A stretch of DNA of 57,307 nt, filler included, from Actinomycetales bacterium (lineage in GTDB: Bacteria > Actinomycetota > Actinomycetes > Actinomycetales > CAVURS01), in NCBI GenBank assembly GCA_045807245.1. It is 2 parts of 2 records of this genome, joined end to end, with 100 filler letters (N's around TTAATTAATTAA, not from the genome) between each part and the next. Parts side by side here need not be neighbours in the genome. Positions count along the whole stretch, not along the records: positions 1 to 29,562 come from JBJMHS010000047.1; positions 29,663 to 57,307 come from JBJMHS010000048.1. One strand, written 5' to 3'. A program made the translations under genes and the position numbers. Under the pieces are notes generated by a model. That model worked only from the letters and a program-made list of their open reading frames with translations, was not told the DNA's origin and did no database searches. Below, piece after piece: positions 26,945 through 37,381 of the stretch. Each line of letters begins with the position of its first letter. Within the stretch, counting starts at the first letter, position 1.

Positions 26945-28032
26945 CAGCTGGTGAGCCAGCCGAACAGGACCTCCTCGCAGCGGCGCAGCTGGTCGACCCG
27001 GACGTGCTCGTGGTCCGTGTGCGCGAGGTTCGGGTCGCCCGGGCCGAAGTTGACCGCCGGCACGCCCAGGGCGCTGAACCGCGAGACGTCGGTCCACCCG
27101 TACTTGGCGCGCGGCGGCTCCCCCATCGTGGCGACGAACGCCTTGGCGGCGGGCTGGTCGAGCCCTGGGCGCGCCCCCGGGGCCGCGTCGACAAGCTCCA
27201 GGTCGTAGCCATCGAACATCTCCTGCAGGTGCGCGAAGGCCTGCTCGACCGTCGCGCTCGGCGCGAAGCGGTAGTTCACGGACACGACGCAACGGTCGGG
27301 GATCACGTTGCCGGCCACCCCTCCACGGATGGTGACCGCGTTGAGCCCCTCGCGGAACACGAGACCATCGACCTCGACCTCGCGGGCCTCGTACTCGCGC
27401 AGGCGGGTCAGGATGGTCGCCGCCTCGTGGATCGCGTTGTGCCCCAGCCACGATCGCGCACTGTGCGCCGCGACGCCGCGCACCGTCACGTCGACGCGCA
27501 TGGTGCCGTTGCAGCCGCCTTCCACCGTGCCGTTGGACGGCTCGAGCAGGACGGCGAAGTCGGCGTCCAGCAGGGTTGGCTGCTCGCGGGCAACGCGGCC
27601 CAGACCGTTGTGGACCGCCTCGATCTCCTCGCCGTCGTAGAAGACATAGGTCACGTCGCGCGTCTGGCGGTCCGGCCCCGCCGCGAGCCCCGCGGCGAGC
27701 TTGAGCTGGACGGCAACACCGCCCTTCATGTCGCACGTGCCCCGGCCGTACAGCTCGTCACCGCGGCGGATGGTCGGCAGGTTGGGTACGGCGGCCAGCG
27801 GCACGGTGTCGAGGTGGCCGGCCAGGACCACGCGCTCGTCGCGCCCGAGCGTGGTCCGAGCGACCACGACGTTCCCGGTCCGGACCAGCTCGAGCCCGTC
27901 GAGGTCGGCCAGCGCTGCCTCGACCGCGTCGGCCAGCGGGCCTTCGTTGCCGCTCACCGACTCGATGTCGCAGAGGGCGACGGTCAGCTGGACGACGTCG
28001 TCACCGAGGTCGAGTGACTGGGCCGCGGGCAC
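26944..28032 (-). CDS. dapE: Succinyl-diaminopimelate desuccinylase
   Basis: LAGHLDTVP, GRGTCDMKGG, YDGEE, AHSARSW.GHNAIH, KYGWTDV, GPGDPNLAH; divergent from dapD. Confidence 0.94.
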   Translation of the reverse strand: MPAAQSLDLGDDVVQLTVALCDIESVSGNEGPLADAVEAALADLDGLELVRTGNVVVARTTLGRDERVVLAGHLDTVPLAAVPNLPTIRRGDELYGRGTCDMKGGVAVQLKLAAGLAAGPDRQTRDVTYVFYDGEEIEAVHNGLGRVAREQPTLLDADFAVLLEPSNGTVEGGCNGTMRVDVTVRGVAAHSARSWLGHNAIHEAATILTRLREYEAREVEVDGLVFREGLNAVTIRGGVAGNVIPDRCVVSVNYRFAPSATVEQAFAHLQEMFDGYDLELVDAAPGARPGLDQPAAKAFVATMGEPPRAKYGWTDVSRFSALGVPAVNFGPGDPNLAHTDHEHVRVDQLRRCEEVLFGWLTS

Positions 28033-28067
28033 CCGGTGACCTTATCGAGGTCACGTAGCCTGGCGAC

Positions 28068-29018
28068 ATGAGCGAGACGCGCGCGGCCTGGGGTTACGGC
28101 CTGGCCACGGTGACCGAGGCCGGCCAGGTGCTGGACACCTGGTTCCCCGCGCCCACCGTGGGCCCGGCGCCCCGGGATGCCGGCGCCTACGGCATGCCGA
28201 GCGAGCTGACCCGTCTGGAGGCCACCGACCCGCGGCGCGAGGTGCGCACCCAGGTCGTGCGGGTGGAGGCCGACCTGGACGCCGCCCCGCAGTCGGCACC
28301 GGACGCGTACCTGCGCCTGCACCTGCTCTCGCACCGCCTGGTCCGGCCGCACGAGGTAAACCTGACCGGCGTCTTCGGCGTCCTGGCCAATGTGGTGTGG
28401 ACAAGCGCCGGCCCGTGCGCGGTCGAGGACTTCGAGCGGACCCGCATGCGGCTGCGTGGCGACGGTCCAGTCACCGTGTACGGCGTGGACAAGTTCCCGC
28501 GGATGGTCGACTACGTGCTGCCGGCCGGCGTACGGATCGCGGACGCGGACCGGGTCCGGCTCGGTGCCCATCTGGCAGCGGGCACCACCGTGATGCACGA
28601 GGGTTTCGTGAACTACAACGCCGGGACGCTCGGTACGTCGATGGTCGAGGGCCGGATCTCCGCCGGCGTGGTCGTCGATGACGGGTCCGACGTCGGAGGC
28701 GGCGCCTCGATCATGGGGACGCTCTCGGGCGGCGGCCAGGACGTCGTCCGGATCGGCAAGCGTTGCCTGATCGGCGCCAACGCCGGCGTCGGCATCTCGC
28801 TGGGCGACGACTGTGTCGTCGAGGCCGGCCTGTACGTCACCGCCGGCACCAAGGTGGTCAGGGTCGACAGCGACGACGAGAAGCCGGTGAAGGCTCGCGA
28901 GCTGTCCGGGCGACCGGGAGTCCTGTTCCGCCGCAACTCGATCACCGGTGCGGTGGAGGCGGTGTCACGCACGGGCAGCGGCATCGCCCTGAACGAGGAG
29001 CTGCATGCTAACGGCTGA
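28068..29018 (+). CDS. dapD: Tetrahydrodipicolinate N-succinyltransferase (actinobacterial type)
   Basis: [56 protein letters not shown]. Confidence 0.95.
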   Translation: MSETRAAWGYGLATVTEAGQVLDTWFPAPTVGPAPRDAGAYGMPSELTRLEATDPRREVRTQVVRVEADLDAAPQSAPDAYLRLHLLSHRLVRPHEVNLTGVFGVLANVVWTSAGPCAVEDFERTRMRLRGDGPVTVYGVDKFPRMVDYVLPAGVRIADADRVRLGAHLAAGTTVMHEGFVNYNAGTLGTSMVEGRISAGVVVDDGSDVGGGASIMGTLSGGGQDVVRIGKRCLIGANAGVGISLGDDCVVEAGLYVTAGTKVVRVDSDDEKPVKARELSGRPGVLFRRNSITGAVEAVSRTGSGIALNEELHANG

Positions 29019-29562
29019 CCAGGCCGTGAGCTCGTCGCCGCCACCGCGACCCCGGCGGTTGTTGCGCCGCCGGTGGATCGCGCTCGCGATCGCCCTCGTG
29101 CTCGTCGTCGCGGGTGGCGCCTGGTGGGCCTGGCAGCGGCTGAACCCACCACTGCTCGGCAAGGGGTGCACCGCCGTCGCCGGTGGCCGCACGGTGACCC
29201 TCGACGCCGAGCAGGCCGGCAACGCCGCCATCATCACCGGGATCGCGGTGAAGCGGAGGCTGCCGGCGAGGGCGGCCACGATCGCGATCGCCACCGCGCT
29301 ACAGGAGTCGAAGCTGCGCAACATCTCCTACGGCGACCGCGACTCGGCCGGTCTGTTCCAGCAGCGGCCGTCGCAGGGCTGGGGTACGAAGGCCCAGGTG
29401 ACCGACCCGGTGTACGCGTCGAACGCCTTCTACGACGTCCTCGTGAAGATCGAGGGCTACCGCAGCCTGTCGGTGACCAAGGCGGCGCAGAAGGTCCAGC
29501 GCAGCGCCTTCCCCTCGGCCTACGCGGACCACGAGGCCGATGCGCGAGTGTTGGCGTCGGTG
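29005..29562 (+). CDS. Membrane-anchored secreted protein with lysozyme-like motifs, truncated by assembly gap
   Basis: N-terminal [41 protein letters not shown]. Confidence 0.75.
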
Positions 29563-29662
29563 NNNNNNNNNNNNNNNNNNNNNNNNNNNNNNNNNNNNNN
29601 NNNNNNTTAATTAATTAANNNNNNNNNNNNNNNNNNNNNNNNNNNNNNNNNNNNNNNNNNNN
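29563..29662. other. Assembly gap with artificial all-frame-stop linker
   Basis: 44 N + TTAATTAATTAA (29607-29618) + 44 N = 100 nt. Confidence 0.97.
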
Positions 29663-29663
29663 C

Positions 29664-29831
29664 GACGGCATCGAGCTGGAGATCGCCTGGATAGTCCCCG
29701 CCGACCGGCTCGACGAGTCGGCGCTCGCCGGTCGCAGCTCGATCCAGCGGCTCGACCTGCCCAAGGAGATCGAGCGGTACGGCGCGCACACCCAGGGCGG
29801 CATCGGCATCAGCCACCCGGCCGGCGTCTGA
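29664..29831 (+). CDS. C-terminal fragment of a VOC/glyoxalase-family protein (5' end lost in gap)
   Basis: Manual translation DGIELEIAWIVPADRLDESALAGRSSIQRLDLPKEIERYGAHTQGGIGISHPAGV*; DG..E.E end of VOC fold, high GC3. Confidence 0.65.
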   Translation, partial: DGIELEIAWIVPADRLDESALAGRSSIQRLDLPKEIERYGAHTQGGIGISHPAGV

Positions 29832-29851
29832 CCAGCGCCCACGCACACACC

Positions 29852-29891
29852 CGCAGAGGGAGGGCCACCGGTCGGTGGCCCTCCCTCTGCG
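29852..29891. terminator. GC-rich hairpin, probable bidirectional terminator between convergent genes
   Basis: Perfect 19-bp inverted repeat CGCAGAGGGAGGGCCACCG-gt-CGGTGGCCCTCCCTCTGCG. Confidence 0.8.
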
Positions 29892-29900
29892 CGCTAGGCC

Positions 29901-30758
29901 CTACAGGCCCGCGGCCGTAGCCACGGCCCGGGCGGTCAGGACGCGAGCCAGGTGCTCCCGGTAGTCGGCCTGGCCGTTGAGATCGCTGGTGGGGCTGGTC
30001 CCCTCCGCAGCGTGCGCCGCAGCGCTCTTGACCGCGCCCGTCGTCGCGTCCGCGCCCGCGAGCGCCGACTCGGTCGACGACGCCCGGAGCGGGGTGGACC
30101 CCATGTTGGTCAGCCCGACCCGCGCCTCGGCGATGGACCCGTTCGACCGGCGTACGGCGGCCGCGACCCCCACGATCGACCACGCCTGCGCGACGCGGTT
30201 GAACTTCTCGTAGTGGAAGCCCCAGACCGCACCGAGCACCGGCACGCGGATCGACGTCAGGATCTCGCCCTCGGCCAGCGCGGTCTCGAGGAACCCGACG
30301 AAGAAGTCCGAGGCCGCGATGGTCCGCGTCCCCGTCGGCCCGGTCACCTCCATCGAGCACCCGAGCGTGAGCGCCACTCCGCCCAGGTCGCCGGCCGGGT
30401 CGGCGTGCGACAGGGCGCCGCCGAACGTGCCACGGTGGCGCACCGCCGGGTCCGCCACGGTGCCGACCGCCTGGGCCAGCAGCGGTACGTGCTGACGCAC
30501 GAGCGGGTCGGTCATGACGTCGTGGTGAGTCGTCGCCGCGCCAATGACCAGGGCGTCGCCGTCCTGCGTCACGCCGCGCATGGCATCGACCCGGCTCACG
30601 TCCACGAGCACCGTGGGTGACGACAGCCGCAGCCGCAGCACCGGCAGCAGGCTTTGCCCCCCGGAGAGCACCTTCGCGTCCTCGCCGCCCTGGCCGAGCG
30701 CCGCCACCGCCTCGTCCACCGAAGAGGCCCGGACGTAGTCGAATGCCGCGGGGATCAT
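29901..30758 (-). CDS. CoxM/xanthine-dehydrogenase-family FAD subunit
   Basis: [43 protein letters not shown]. Confidence 0.92.
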   Translation of the reverse strand: MIPAAFDYVRASSVDEAVAALGQGGEDAKVLSGGQSLLPVLRLRLSSPTVLVDVSRVDAMRGVTQDGDALVIGAATTHHDVMTDPLVRQHVPLLAQAVGTVADPAVRHRGTFGGALSHADPAGDLGGVALTLGCSMEVTGPTGTRTIAASDFFVGFLETALAEGEILTSIRVPVLGAVWGFHYEKFNRVAQAWSIVGVAAAVRRSNGSIAEARVGLTNMGSTPLRASSTESALAGADATTGAVKSAAAHAAEGTSPTSDLNGQADYREHLARVLTARAVATAAGL

Positions 30759-33223
30759 GCCGCACCCCCGTCCGACGAGCCGGTCTGCGCGCCGCCGTAC
30801 GCGATCGTCCCTTCGGCAGCAGGTGCTCCGCCGCTCGACGAGCCGCCGCTGTGGATGGCCCGCCACACCCGTTCCGGCGTGCAGGGCATGTCGACGTCGT
30901 TGACGCCGAACGGGCGCAGGGCGTCGACGATCGCGTTGACGACTGCCGGCGTGGAGGCGATGGTCCCCGCCTCGCCGACTCCCTTGACGCCCAACGGGTT
31001 CGACGTCGCGGGCGTCTCGGTCCGGTCGGTCGTGAAGTGCGGCAGGTCGGCTGCCGAAGGCAGCAGGTAGTCGACGAACGTGCCGGTCACCAGGTTGCCC
31101 GCGTCGTCGTGAACGGCCTCCTCGAACAGGGCCTGCGCGATGCCCTGGGCGATGCCACCGTGCACCTGGCCCTCGACGATCACCGGGTTCACGACGTTGC
31201 CGATGTCGTCCACCGAGACGTAGGAGCGGATCTTCGTCCGTCCCGTCTCCGTGTCGACCTCGACGGCGCACAGGTGCGTGCCGTGCGGGAACGAGAACGT
31301 GTCGGGGTCGAACGTCGCCTCCGAGTCGAGGCTGGCCTCGATGCCCTCCGGGTTGTCGTGTGCGGCCCAGATCGTGAAGGCGATCTCGGCCAGGGTCTTC
31401 GACTGCGCGGGCGCACCCTTGACCCGGTAGGCACCGTCGACGAACTCGACGTCGCCCGGGTCGCACTCCATCATGTGGGCCGCCATGACGGCGGCCTTCT
31501 GACGGACCTTTGCCGACGCGTTGAACAGCGCGATGCCACCCACGGCCAGCGACCGGGACCCATACGTGTCAAGGCCTTTCGCCGCCACCAAGGTGTCGCC
31601 GTGCAGGACGGTGACGTCCTCGAACGCCACCCCGATCTGGTCGGCCACGATCTGGCTGAACGCGGTCTCGTGACCCTGTCCGTGCGCCGAGGCACCCGTG
31701 ATGACGTCGACCTTGCCGGTGGGGTGGACCCGGATCGTCGCGGTCTCCCAGCCGCCGCCGGCGTACCGCAGGTTGCCGAGGACACGCGAGGGGGCCAAGC
31801 CGCACATCTCGGTGTACGTCGAGATGCCCAGCCCCAGCTGCACCGTGTCACCGCGCTCGCGCCGTTCTCGCTGCTCCGCGCGCAAGGCGTCGTACCCGAA
31901 CATGTCCTTGGCCTTCGCCGTCGCTGCCTCGTAGTTGCCCGAGTCGTAGACCATCGACGCCACCGTCGCGAACGGGAACTCGTCGTGCTTGATCCAGTTC
32001 CTCTCCCGCACCTCGAGCGGGTCTATGCCCAGCTCGACGGCCAGCTCGTCCACCATCCGCTCCACGGCGTACGTCGCCTCGGGCCGGCCGGCGCCCCGGT
32101 ACGCGTCCGTCCAGGCCTTGTTCGTGATGACGCCGGAGCAGGTGAACCGGTACGCGTCCATCTTGTAGATCGAGTTGAACATGAACGCGCCCAGGATCGG
32201 TACGCCGGGCGTCACCAGGCCGAAGTACGCGCCCATATCGGCGAGAAGGTCGACCTTGAAGCCAGTGATGCGGCCGTCCTTCGTGGCCGTCAGGGTCAGG
32301 TCCTGGATCTGGTCGCGGCCGTGATGTCCGCTCATCAGGGACTCGCTGCGGCTCTCCGTGTACTTGACCGGCTTGCCGAGCGCCTGCCCGATCATGAATG
32401 TCGCGATCTCCTCGGGGATGACCTGGAGCTTGCCGCCGAAGCCGCCGCCGACGTCCGGTGCGATGACCCGCAGCTCATGCTCCGGCGTGCCGGTGAGCAA
32501 GGAGGTGAACAGGCGGACGAAGTGCGGCACCTGCGTGCTCGACCACATCGTCCACTGCGAGCCCTGTTGGGCCACCACGACGCTGCGCGGCTCCATGAAC
32601 GCGGGGATGAGCCGCTGCTGCCGGTACCGGCGGCGGATCACGATGCCCTCGGCCTCGGCCTCGCGGATCACGTCGTCGACATCGCGGCCGGTGCCGGCGC
32701 TCGCTGAGTCGAACACCCACGTGTACGACTTGTTCGTCGTGCCGTCCGTGTGCGCGAGGGGTGAGCCGTCGACGATCGCGGCCTCCATGTCCAGCACCGC
32801 GGGCAGGTCGTCGTAGTCCACGACGATGGCTTCGAGCGCGTCGCTTGCCTCGGCCTTGGAGCGCGCGACGACCGCCGCGACGATCTCCCCGACGTGATGG
32901 ACCTCGGTCGTGGCGATCGCCGGGTGGTTCGGGATGACGGTGTCCTCGGTCACCGGCCAGGCGCACGGCAGGCTGCTGTGCTTGTCGGCGAAGTCGGCGC
33001 CGGTGTACGCGGCGATGACGCCGGGCTGCGAGCGGGCCTCCGAGACGTCGATCGACGAGATGGTCGCGTGAGCCACCGGGCTGCGCAGGAACGCGATGTG
33101 CAGCATCCCGGGCAGGACGACGTTGTCGGTCCACTGCGTGCGTCCGGTGAGGAGGTGCTCGTCCTCCTTGCGCGCGCGGCTGGCACCGAACTCGAGGGTC
33201 GGGGCGTCGCTGACGGCGGTCAT
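30755..33223 (-). CDS. CoxL form II-type / aldehyde oxidoreductase molybdopterin subunit
   Basis: RKED...[42 protein letters not shown] 33223 with GAGGT RBS. Confidence 0.92.
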   Translation of the reverse strand: MTAVSDAPTLEFGASRARKEDEHLLTGRTQWTDNVVLPGMLHIAFLRSPVAHATISSIDVSEARSQPGVIAAYTGADFADKHSSLPCAWPVTEDTVIPNHPAIATTEVHHVGEIVAAVVARSKAEASDALEAIVVDYDDLPAVLDMEAAIVDGSPLAHTDGTTNKSYTWVFDSASAGTGRDVDDVIREAEAEGIVIRRRYRQQRLIPAFMEPRSVVVAQQGSQWTMWSSTQVPHFVRLFTSLLTGTPEHELRVIAPDVGGGFGGKLQVIPEEIATFMIGQALGKPVKYTESRSESLMSGHHGRDQIQDLTLTATKDGRITGFKVDLLADMGAYFGLVTPGVPILGAFMFNSIYKMDAYRFTCSGVITNKAWTDAYRGAGRPEATYAVERMVDELAVELGIDPLEVRERNWIKHDEFPFATVASMVYDSGNYEAATAKAKDMFGYDALRAEQRERRERGDTVQLGLGISTYTEMCGLAPSRVLGNLRYAGGGWETATIRVHPTGKVDVITGASAHGQGHETAFSQIVADQIGVAFEDVTVLHGDTLVAAKGLDTYGSRSLAVGGIALFNASAKVRQKAAVMAAHMMECDPGDVEFVDGAYRVKGAPAQSKTLAEIAFTIWAAHDNPEGIEASLDSEATFDPDTFSFPHGTHLCAVEVDTETGRTKIRSYVSVDDIGNVVNPVIVEGQVHGGIAQGIAQALFEEAVHDDAGNLVTGTFVDYLLPSAADLPHFTTDRTETPATSNPLGVKGVGEAGTIASTPAVVNAIVDALRPFGVNDVDMPCTPERVWRAIHSGGSSSGGAPAAEGTIAYGGAQTGSSDGGAA

Positions 33224-33732
33224 GCCGTCACCTCGGCGGCCTGCGACTCGGGCAGGGTGACGGTCGCTTCGGCCGACGACGCGGCCGCGCGGACGGCCTT
33301 GACGATGTTCTGGTACCCGGTGCAACGGCACAGGTTGCCTTCGAGCCCTTCGCGAACCTCGTCCTCGCTCGGGTCCGGGTTGTTGTTGAGCAGGTCGATC
33401 GCCGCCATCACCATGCCCGGCGTACAGAACCCGCACTGGAGGGCATGCGACTCGTGGAACGCCCGCTGCACCGGGTGCAGCGTTCCGTCGGCCGCGGCCA
33501 GTCCCTCGATCGTGGTGACCTCGGTGCCGTCGGCCTGGACCGCGAGAACGCTGCAGCTCTTGACGCTGACGCCGTCCATCAGAACGGTGCAGGCGCCACA
33601 GTTGCTGGTGTCGCACCCGACGACCGTGCCCACCTTGCCGAGCCGATCTCGCAGGTGATGGACCAGCAGGGTGCGGGCTTCGACGTCGTCTTGGCTGACG
33701 ACGCCGTCGACGGTGATGCTGATACGGGGCAC
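33220..33732 (-). CDS. CoxS-type (2Fe-2S) subunit
   Basis: [32 protein letters not shown] 33732 after AAGGAG. Confidence 0.92.
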   Translation of the reverse strand: MPRISITVDGVVSQDDVEARTLLVHHLRDRLGKVGTVVGCDTSNCGACTVLMDGVSVKSCSVLAVQADGTEVTTIEGLAAADGTLHPVQRAFHESHALQCGFCTPGMVMAAIDLLNNNPDPSEDEVREGLEGNLCRCTGYQNIVKAVRAAASSAEATVTLPESQAAEVTA

Positions 33733-33852
33733 AGGGGGACTCCTTGCTCGTCGGGTCGTCATTGACCGACACCACCCCGCCGAACCCGTGCAGGGTGGCC
33801 TCGCCGGTCACGCTGTCACGCCGTTCGCTGCCCGGCAAGGGCCGGAACGGGC

Positions 33853-34917
33853 TCAGCTCCGCAGGTGCTTCACGGCCGACCAGGCCGGGTCGTGGTGGCT
33901 CTCCACGCGCACCGCGCCCTGGTCCCAGGTGAGGGCCGTCGACCGGAGGTCCTCGGCCGCGCCGGTCGTCCCGTCGACATACACATGGAGCACCCGGACG
34001 CCGTCGTGCGACTGGATGGCCAGGACCTCACCGTCGGCGCCGATGCGGTCGGCGATCCGGTCCTCGAAGGCCCGCAACCGGTCCAGTGACCCCGGCCCCG
34101 GGAGCCCCTCGGGAGTGCGGTCGGCGTACGGGACGACCAGACCGACGTACGTGTCCAGCTGCGGCGCCGTGACCGGTTTCAGCGGCACGCGGGCCATCAC
34201 CAGCACCGGCAGGCCGGTCGGTCCCGTGCCTTGCAGGACGACGTACGACGGGCGGCCTTCGTCGTCCGTGTGCTGCTCGCGCAGGCCGCGCACGACCGAA
34301 CGCAGGCCGGCGATCGGCACCGGGTCGAGCGCCGGCACGGGGCTCGACACCACCTCGCCGACCCATGTCTCCACCGCCTCTTCGCCGAGCACCTGGTCCA
34401 GGAGCAGGAACGCGACCTGGTCGCGCTGGGCCTGGTCCAGGTCGGCGAAGTGCGGATGATGTACGGACACGTCGACGGCCAGGCCGCGCACGTAGGCGTC
34501 GACTGTCGCCTCCGCCACCACGAACTCGTGCCCGTGCACCTCCAGCGTGGCCGCCGAAAGGTCGCCGGCGACGGGCTGGCGCACGTCGGCGTACTCCCAG
34601 TCGTTGTCAGCCGGCGGCGCGGCCGAGCGCCAGCGGCGGGCGGCGGCGCGCAGCTCGGGTACGCCGGCTGCGGTGACCGTCAGCAGGTGCCGGCTCTCGG
34701 CGCCCGGTGCGGTCTCCCACTGAAGGTCCGGGTGTACGGCGTGAACGGCCGCGGTCATCGGGCCGACCAGGTCCTCGATCGGCCGCTCTGCGGTCACTGC
34801 CGCCGAGGCCAGGGCCCGCCCGTCCGTCTGCCACCAGCTCCAGAACTGCGCCACGGCCTCCTGCTGCTGGCCGCCGCGGTCATGCTCGTCCCGGCGCCCA
34901 CGCTTGAACAGCGGCAT
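33853..34917 (-). CDS. DUF695-domain hypothetical protein
   Basis: FWSWW, VHPDLQWE, RW...APP, FLLLDQVLGE...TWVG, G.R..HVY, DPAW. Confidence 0.75.
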   Translation of the reverse strand: MPLFKRGRRDEHDRGGQQQEAVAQFWSWWQTDGRALASAAVTAERPIEDLVGPMTAAVHAVHPDLQWETAPGAESRHLLTVTAAGVPELRAAARRWRSAAPPADNDWEYADVRQPVAGDLSAATLEVHGHEFVVAEATVDAYVRGLAVDVSVHHPHFADLDQAQRDQVAFLLLDQVLGEEAVETWVGEVVSSPVPALDPVPIAGLRSVVRGLREQHTDDEGRPSYVVLQGTGPTGLPVLVMARVPLKPVTAPQLDTYVGLVVPYADRTPEGLPGPGSLDRLRAFEDRIADRIGADGEVLAIQSHDGVRVLHVYVDGTTGAAEDLRSTALTWDQGAVRVESHHDPAWSAVKHLRS

Positions 34918-34944
34918 CAGGGAATCCTTGCCGGAGAAGAGGCT

Positions 34945-36168
34945 TCAGCTGAGACGTTCGAAGATGATGGCCATGCCCTGACCCCCGCCGACGCACATCG
35001 TCTCCAGGCCGAACGTCTTGTCGCGCGTCTGGAGACCGTTGAGCAGGGTCGTCGTGATCCGGGCGCCCGTCATGCCGAACGGGTGGCCGAGCGCGATCGC
35101 CCCTCCATGGACGTTGAGCCGGTCATGGTCGATGCCGAGGTCGTCCGCGGACGCGAGCACCTGCACAGCGAACGCCTCGTTGATCTCCACCAGGTCCATG
35201 TCGTCCATGGTCATGCCGGCCCGGTCCAGGGCCTGGCGCGAGGCCTCGACCGGGCCCAGGCCCATGATCTCGGGCGAGAGTGCGCTGACGCCGGTCGCGA
35301 CGACCCGCGCGAGCGGCGTGAGGCCCAGCTCGCGCGCCTTGGTGTCGCTCATGACGACCAGGGCCGCCGCGCCGTCGTTGAGCGGGCAGCAGTTGCCCGC
35401 CGTCACCGTGCCGTCCGGCCGGAACACCGGTTGGAGGGTCGACACACCCTCGAGCGTGACGCCTGGCCGGGGTCCGTCGTCGGCGCTGACCACGGTGCCG
35501 TCCGGCGTCGTCACCGGCGTGATCTCGCGGGCGAAGAAGCCGTCGGCGATGGCCTTCTCCGCCCGGTTCTGGCTCTCCACGCCCCACTCGTCCTGCCGCC
35601 GGCGTGAGATGCCGCGTGACGTGGCGACGTTCTCCGCGGTCTGACCCATCGCGATGTAGATGTCCGGGAGCGTGGCGTCCTGGCGGGGGTCGGACCAGGT
35701 CTGGTTGCTCTGCGCCGTCTGCTCGGTCCGCTCCATGGCCGGGCCGAACAGCGGGTTGCGCCACGCCGGGTCGGTGCGCCCGGCACCGTCGAACACGGGG
35801 TAGCGCGAGACGCACTCGACGCCGGCCGAGATGAAGGCGTCGCCCTCACCGGCCTTGATGGCGTGGAACGCCATCCGCGTCGTCTGCACGCTGGACGAGC
35901 AGAACCGGTTCACGGTCGCACCGGGCAGGTGGTCCAGACCGGCCAGGACCGCGACGACTCGGGCGATGTTCATGCCCTGCTCGGCCCAGGGCTCGGCACA
36001 GCCGACGTACAGGTCGTCGAGCTCGGCCGGGTCGAGGTCCGGCACCTTGTCGAGCACGGCCTGCACCGCAGTGAGCGCGAGGTCGTCCGGGCGAACCTGG
36101 GTCAGCGATCCCTTGAACGCGCGACCGATCGGCGTGCGGGCAGTCGCGACGATGACAGCCTCGGCCAT
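34945..36168 (-). CDS. Acetyl-CoA C-acyltransferase (thiolase)
   Basis: ARTPIG, VNRFCSSS, TAGN.CPLNDGA, EINEAFA, GGAIALGHP.G.TG, TMCVGGGQG. Confidence 0.95.
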   Translation of the reverse strand: MAEAVIVATARTPIGRAFKGSLTQVRPDDLALTAVQAVLDKVPDLDPAELDDLYVGCAEPWAEQGMNIARVVAVLAGLDHLPGATVNRFCSSSVQTTRMAFHAIKAGEGDAFISAGVECVSRYPVFDGAGRTDPAWRNPLFGPAMERTEQTAQSNQTWSDPRQDATLPDIYIAMGQTAENVATSRGISRRRQDEWGVESQNRAEKAIADGFFAREITPVTTPDGTVVSADDGPRPGVTLEGVSTLQPVFRPDGTVTAGNCCPLNDGAAALVVMSDTKARELGLTPLARVVATGVSALSPEIMGLGPVEASRQALDRAGMTMDDMDLVEINEAFAVQVLASADDLGIDHDRLNVHGGAIALGHPFGMTGARITTTLLNGLQTRDKTFGLETMCVGGGQGMAIIFERLS

Positions 36169-36214
36169 GGTGGTTCCCTTCACCGGCAAGTACGGCGGGT
36201 GCCTGTCCTCGACC

Positions 36215-37297
36215 CTACGACGCGGGGACGGTCGAGTCCTCCGCCGAGGATGTGGCGTGGTGGTCCTGCTCCGGCATCGGCTCCTGACGCCGTCGCAACA
36301 GCACCGCCCAGACGCCCCGGCGACCCCGGCCACCCGGTCGGCCGCCGAGCTCGCTGGCCGAGACCTCCACGCCCGGGTCGCGCACCGCTCGCACGGCTGC
36401 GCGGCTGACCGGCTCGACTGCCTCGCCGCGCCGGTAGTCGGGCATCCGCTCGAAGCCGCCGTCCGGCCAGAGCCCGACCTCGGCGCAGACGCTGGGCAGC
36501 ATCGTCGCCGCCGCCCGTGCGTAGCCGTGGGCCGACGGGTGGAAGCGGTCCGCACTGAACATGTCCCGGGGTGCGGCTGCGAACTCCGCTCCGAGCAGGT
36601 CGCCCAGTGACACGGTGCGCCCACCCGCCTCGACGACCCCGACCACCTGGGCCGCCGCGAGGTCACGGCTCCACTTGCGGGCGAGCGTTCGCAACGGTGG
36701 CGGGATCGGCTCGATGGTGCCCAGGTCGGGGCAGGTGCCCACGACGACGCCGCAGCCGAGCTCGCGCAGGACGGTGACTGTACGGGCCAGATGGCGCACC
36801 GCCTCCGCCGGCCGGACGCGGTGGGTGACGTCGTTGGCACCGATCATGATGAGCGCGACGTCCGGCCGGGGCTGCTGCTCGAGCAGCTGCTCCAGCTGGC
36901 GGTCCAGGTCGCTCGACACCGCGCCGCTGACCGCGACGTTGACGAGGTGCACCCGACGGTTCGATGCCCCGGCGAGCCCGCTGGCCACGATCGCGCCCGG
37001 CGTCTCCTCCGGGAGGTCGACGCCGAGGCCGGCGGCGGACGAGTCGCCGAGCATGGCGAGCTGCAGGTCGATGGCCGGGTCCGCGGCAGCGCCCTCGACC
37101 AGGCCGTGGTCGTCGTACACACCGTCGGCCCTCGGCGCCTGTTCGAAGGGGGTGCCGACCGTGCGGCGGGCGATCTTGGCCTCGGTGAACAGCACGCCGT
37201 ACCCGATCGCGCTGAGCCCGACCAGTCCGGCGCCGACGGCACCCCCGCCCTTGGCCGCCGTACGTGCTGCGCGCCGCGCCCGACTTGCCCTGCTCAC
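36215..37297 (-). CDS. SGNH/GDSL hydrolase
   Basis: MLGDSSAAG, VSGA, IGANDV, DRFHPS blocks. Confidence 0.9.
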   Translation of the reverse strand: MSRASRARRAARTAAKGGGAVGAGLVGLSAIGYGVLFTEAKIARRTVGTPFEQAPRADGVYDDHGLVEGAAADPAIDLQLAMLGDSSAAGLGVDLPEETPGAIVASGLAGASNRRVHLVNVAVSGAVSSDLDRQLEQLLEQQPRPDVALIMIGANDVTHRVRPAEAVRHLARTVTVLRELGCGVVVGTCPDLGTIEPIPPPLRTLARKWSRDLAAAQVVGVVEAGGRTVSLGDLLGAEFAAAPRDMFSADRFHPSAHGYARAAATMLPSVCAEVGLWPDGGFERMPDYRRGEAVEPVSRAAVRAVRDPGVEVSASELGGRPGGRGRRGVWAVLLRRRQEPMPEQDHHATSSAEDSTVPAS

Positions 37298-37381
37298 TGC
37301 TCACCCTCCCCTGCGTCTGTGGATCCACGGTAACCCGCGGGTGTGACGGACCGCCTTGGGTTTGCTGGGATGCTGTGACAC

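Noticed and set aside
29607..29618. AT-only palindrome TTAATTAATTAA as a biological site
   Set aside because: It is centred within N runs and is a standard scaffolding linker.
30755..33838. 1027-aa ORF suggesting a long N-terminal extension of the molybdopterin subunit
   Set aside because: The extension overlaps coxS in another frame and is Arg/Gly junk; the real start is ATG 33223 with RBS and ATGA coupling.
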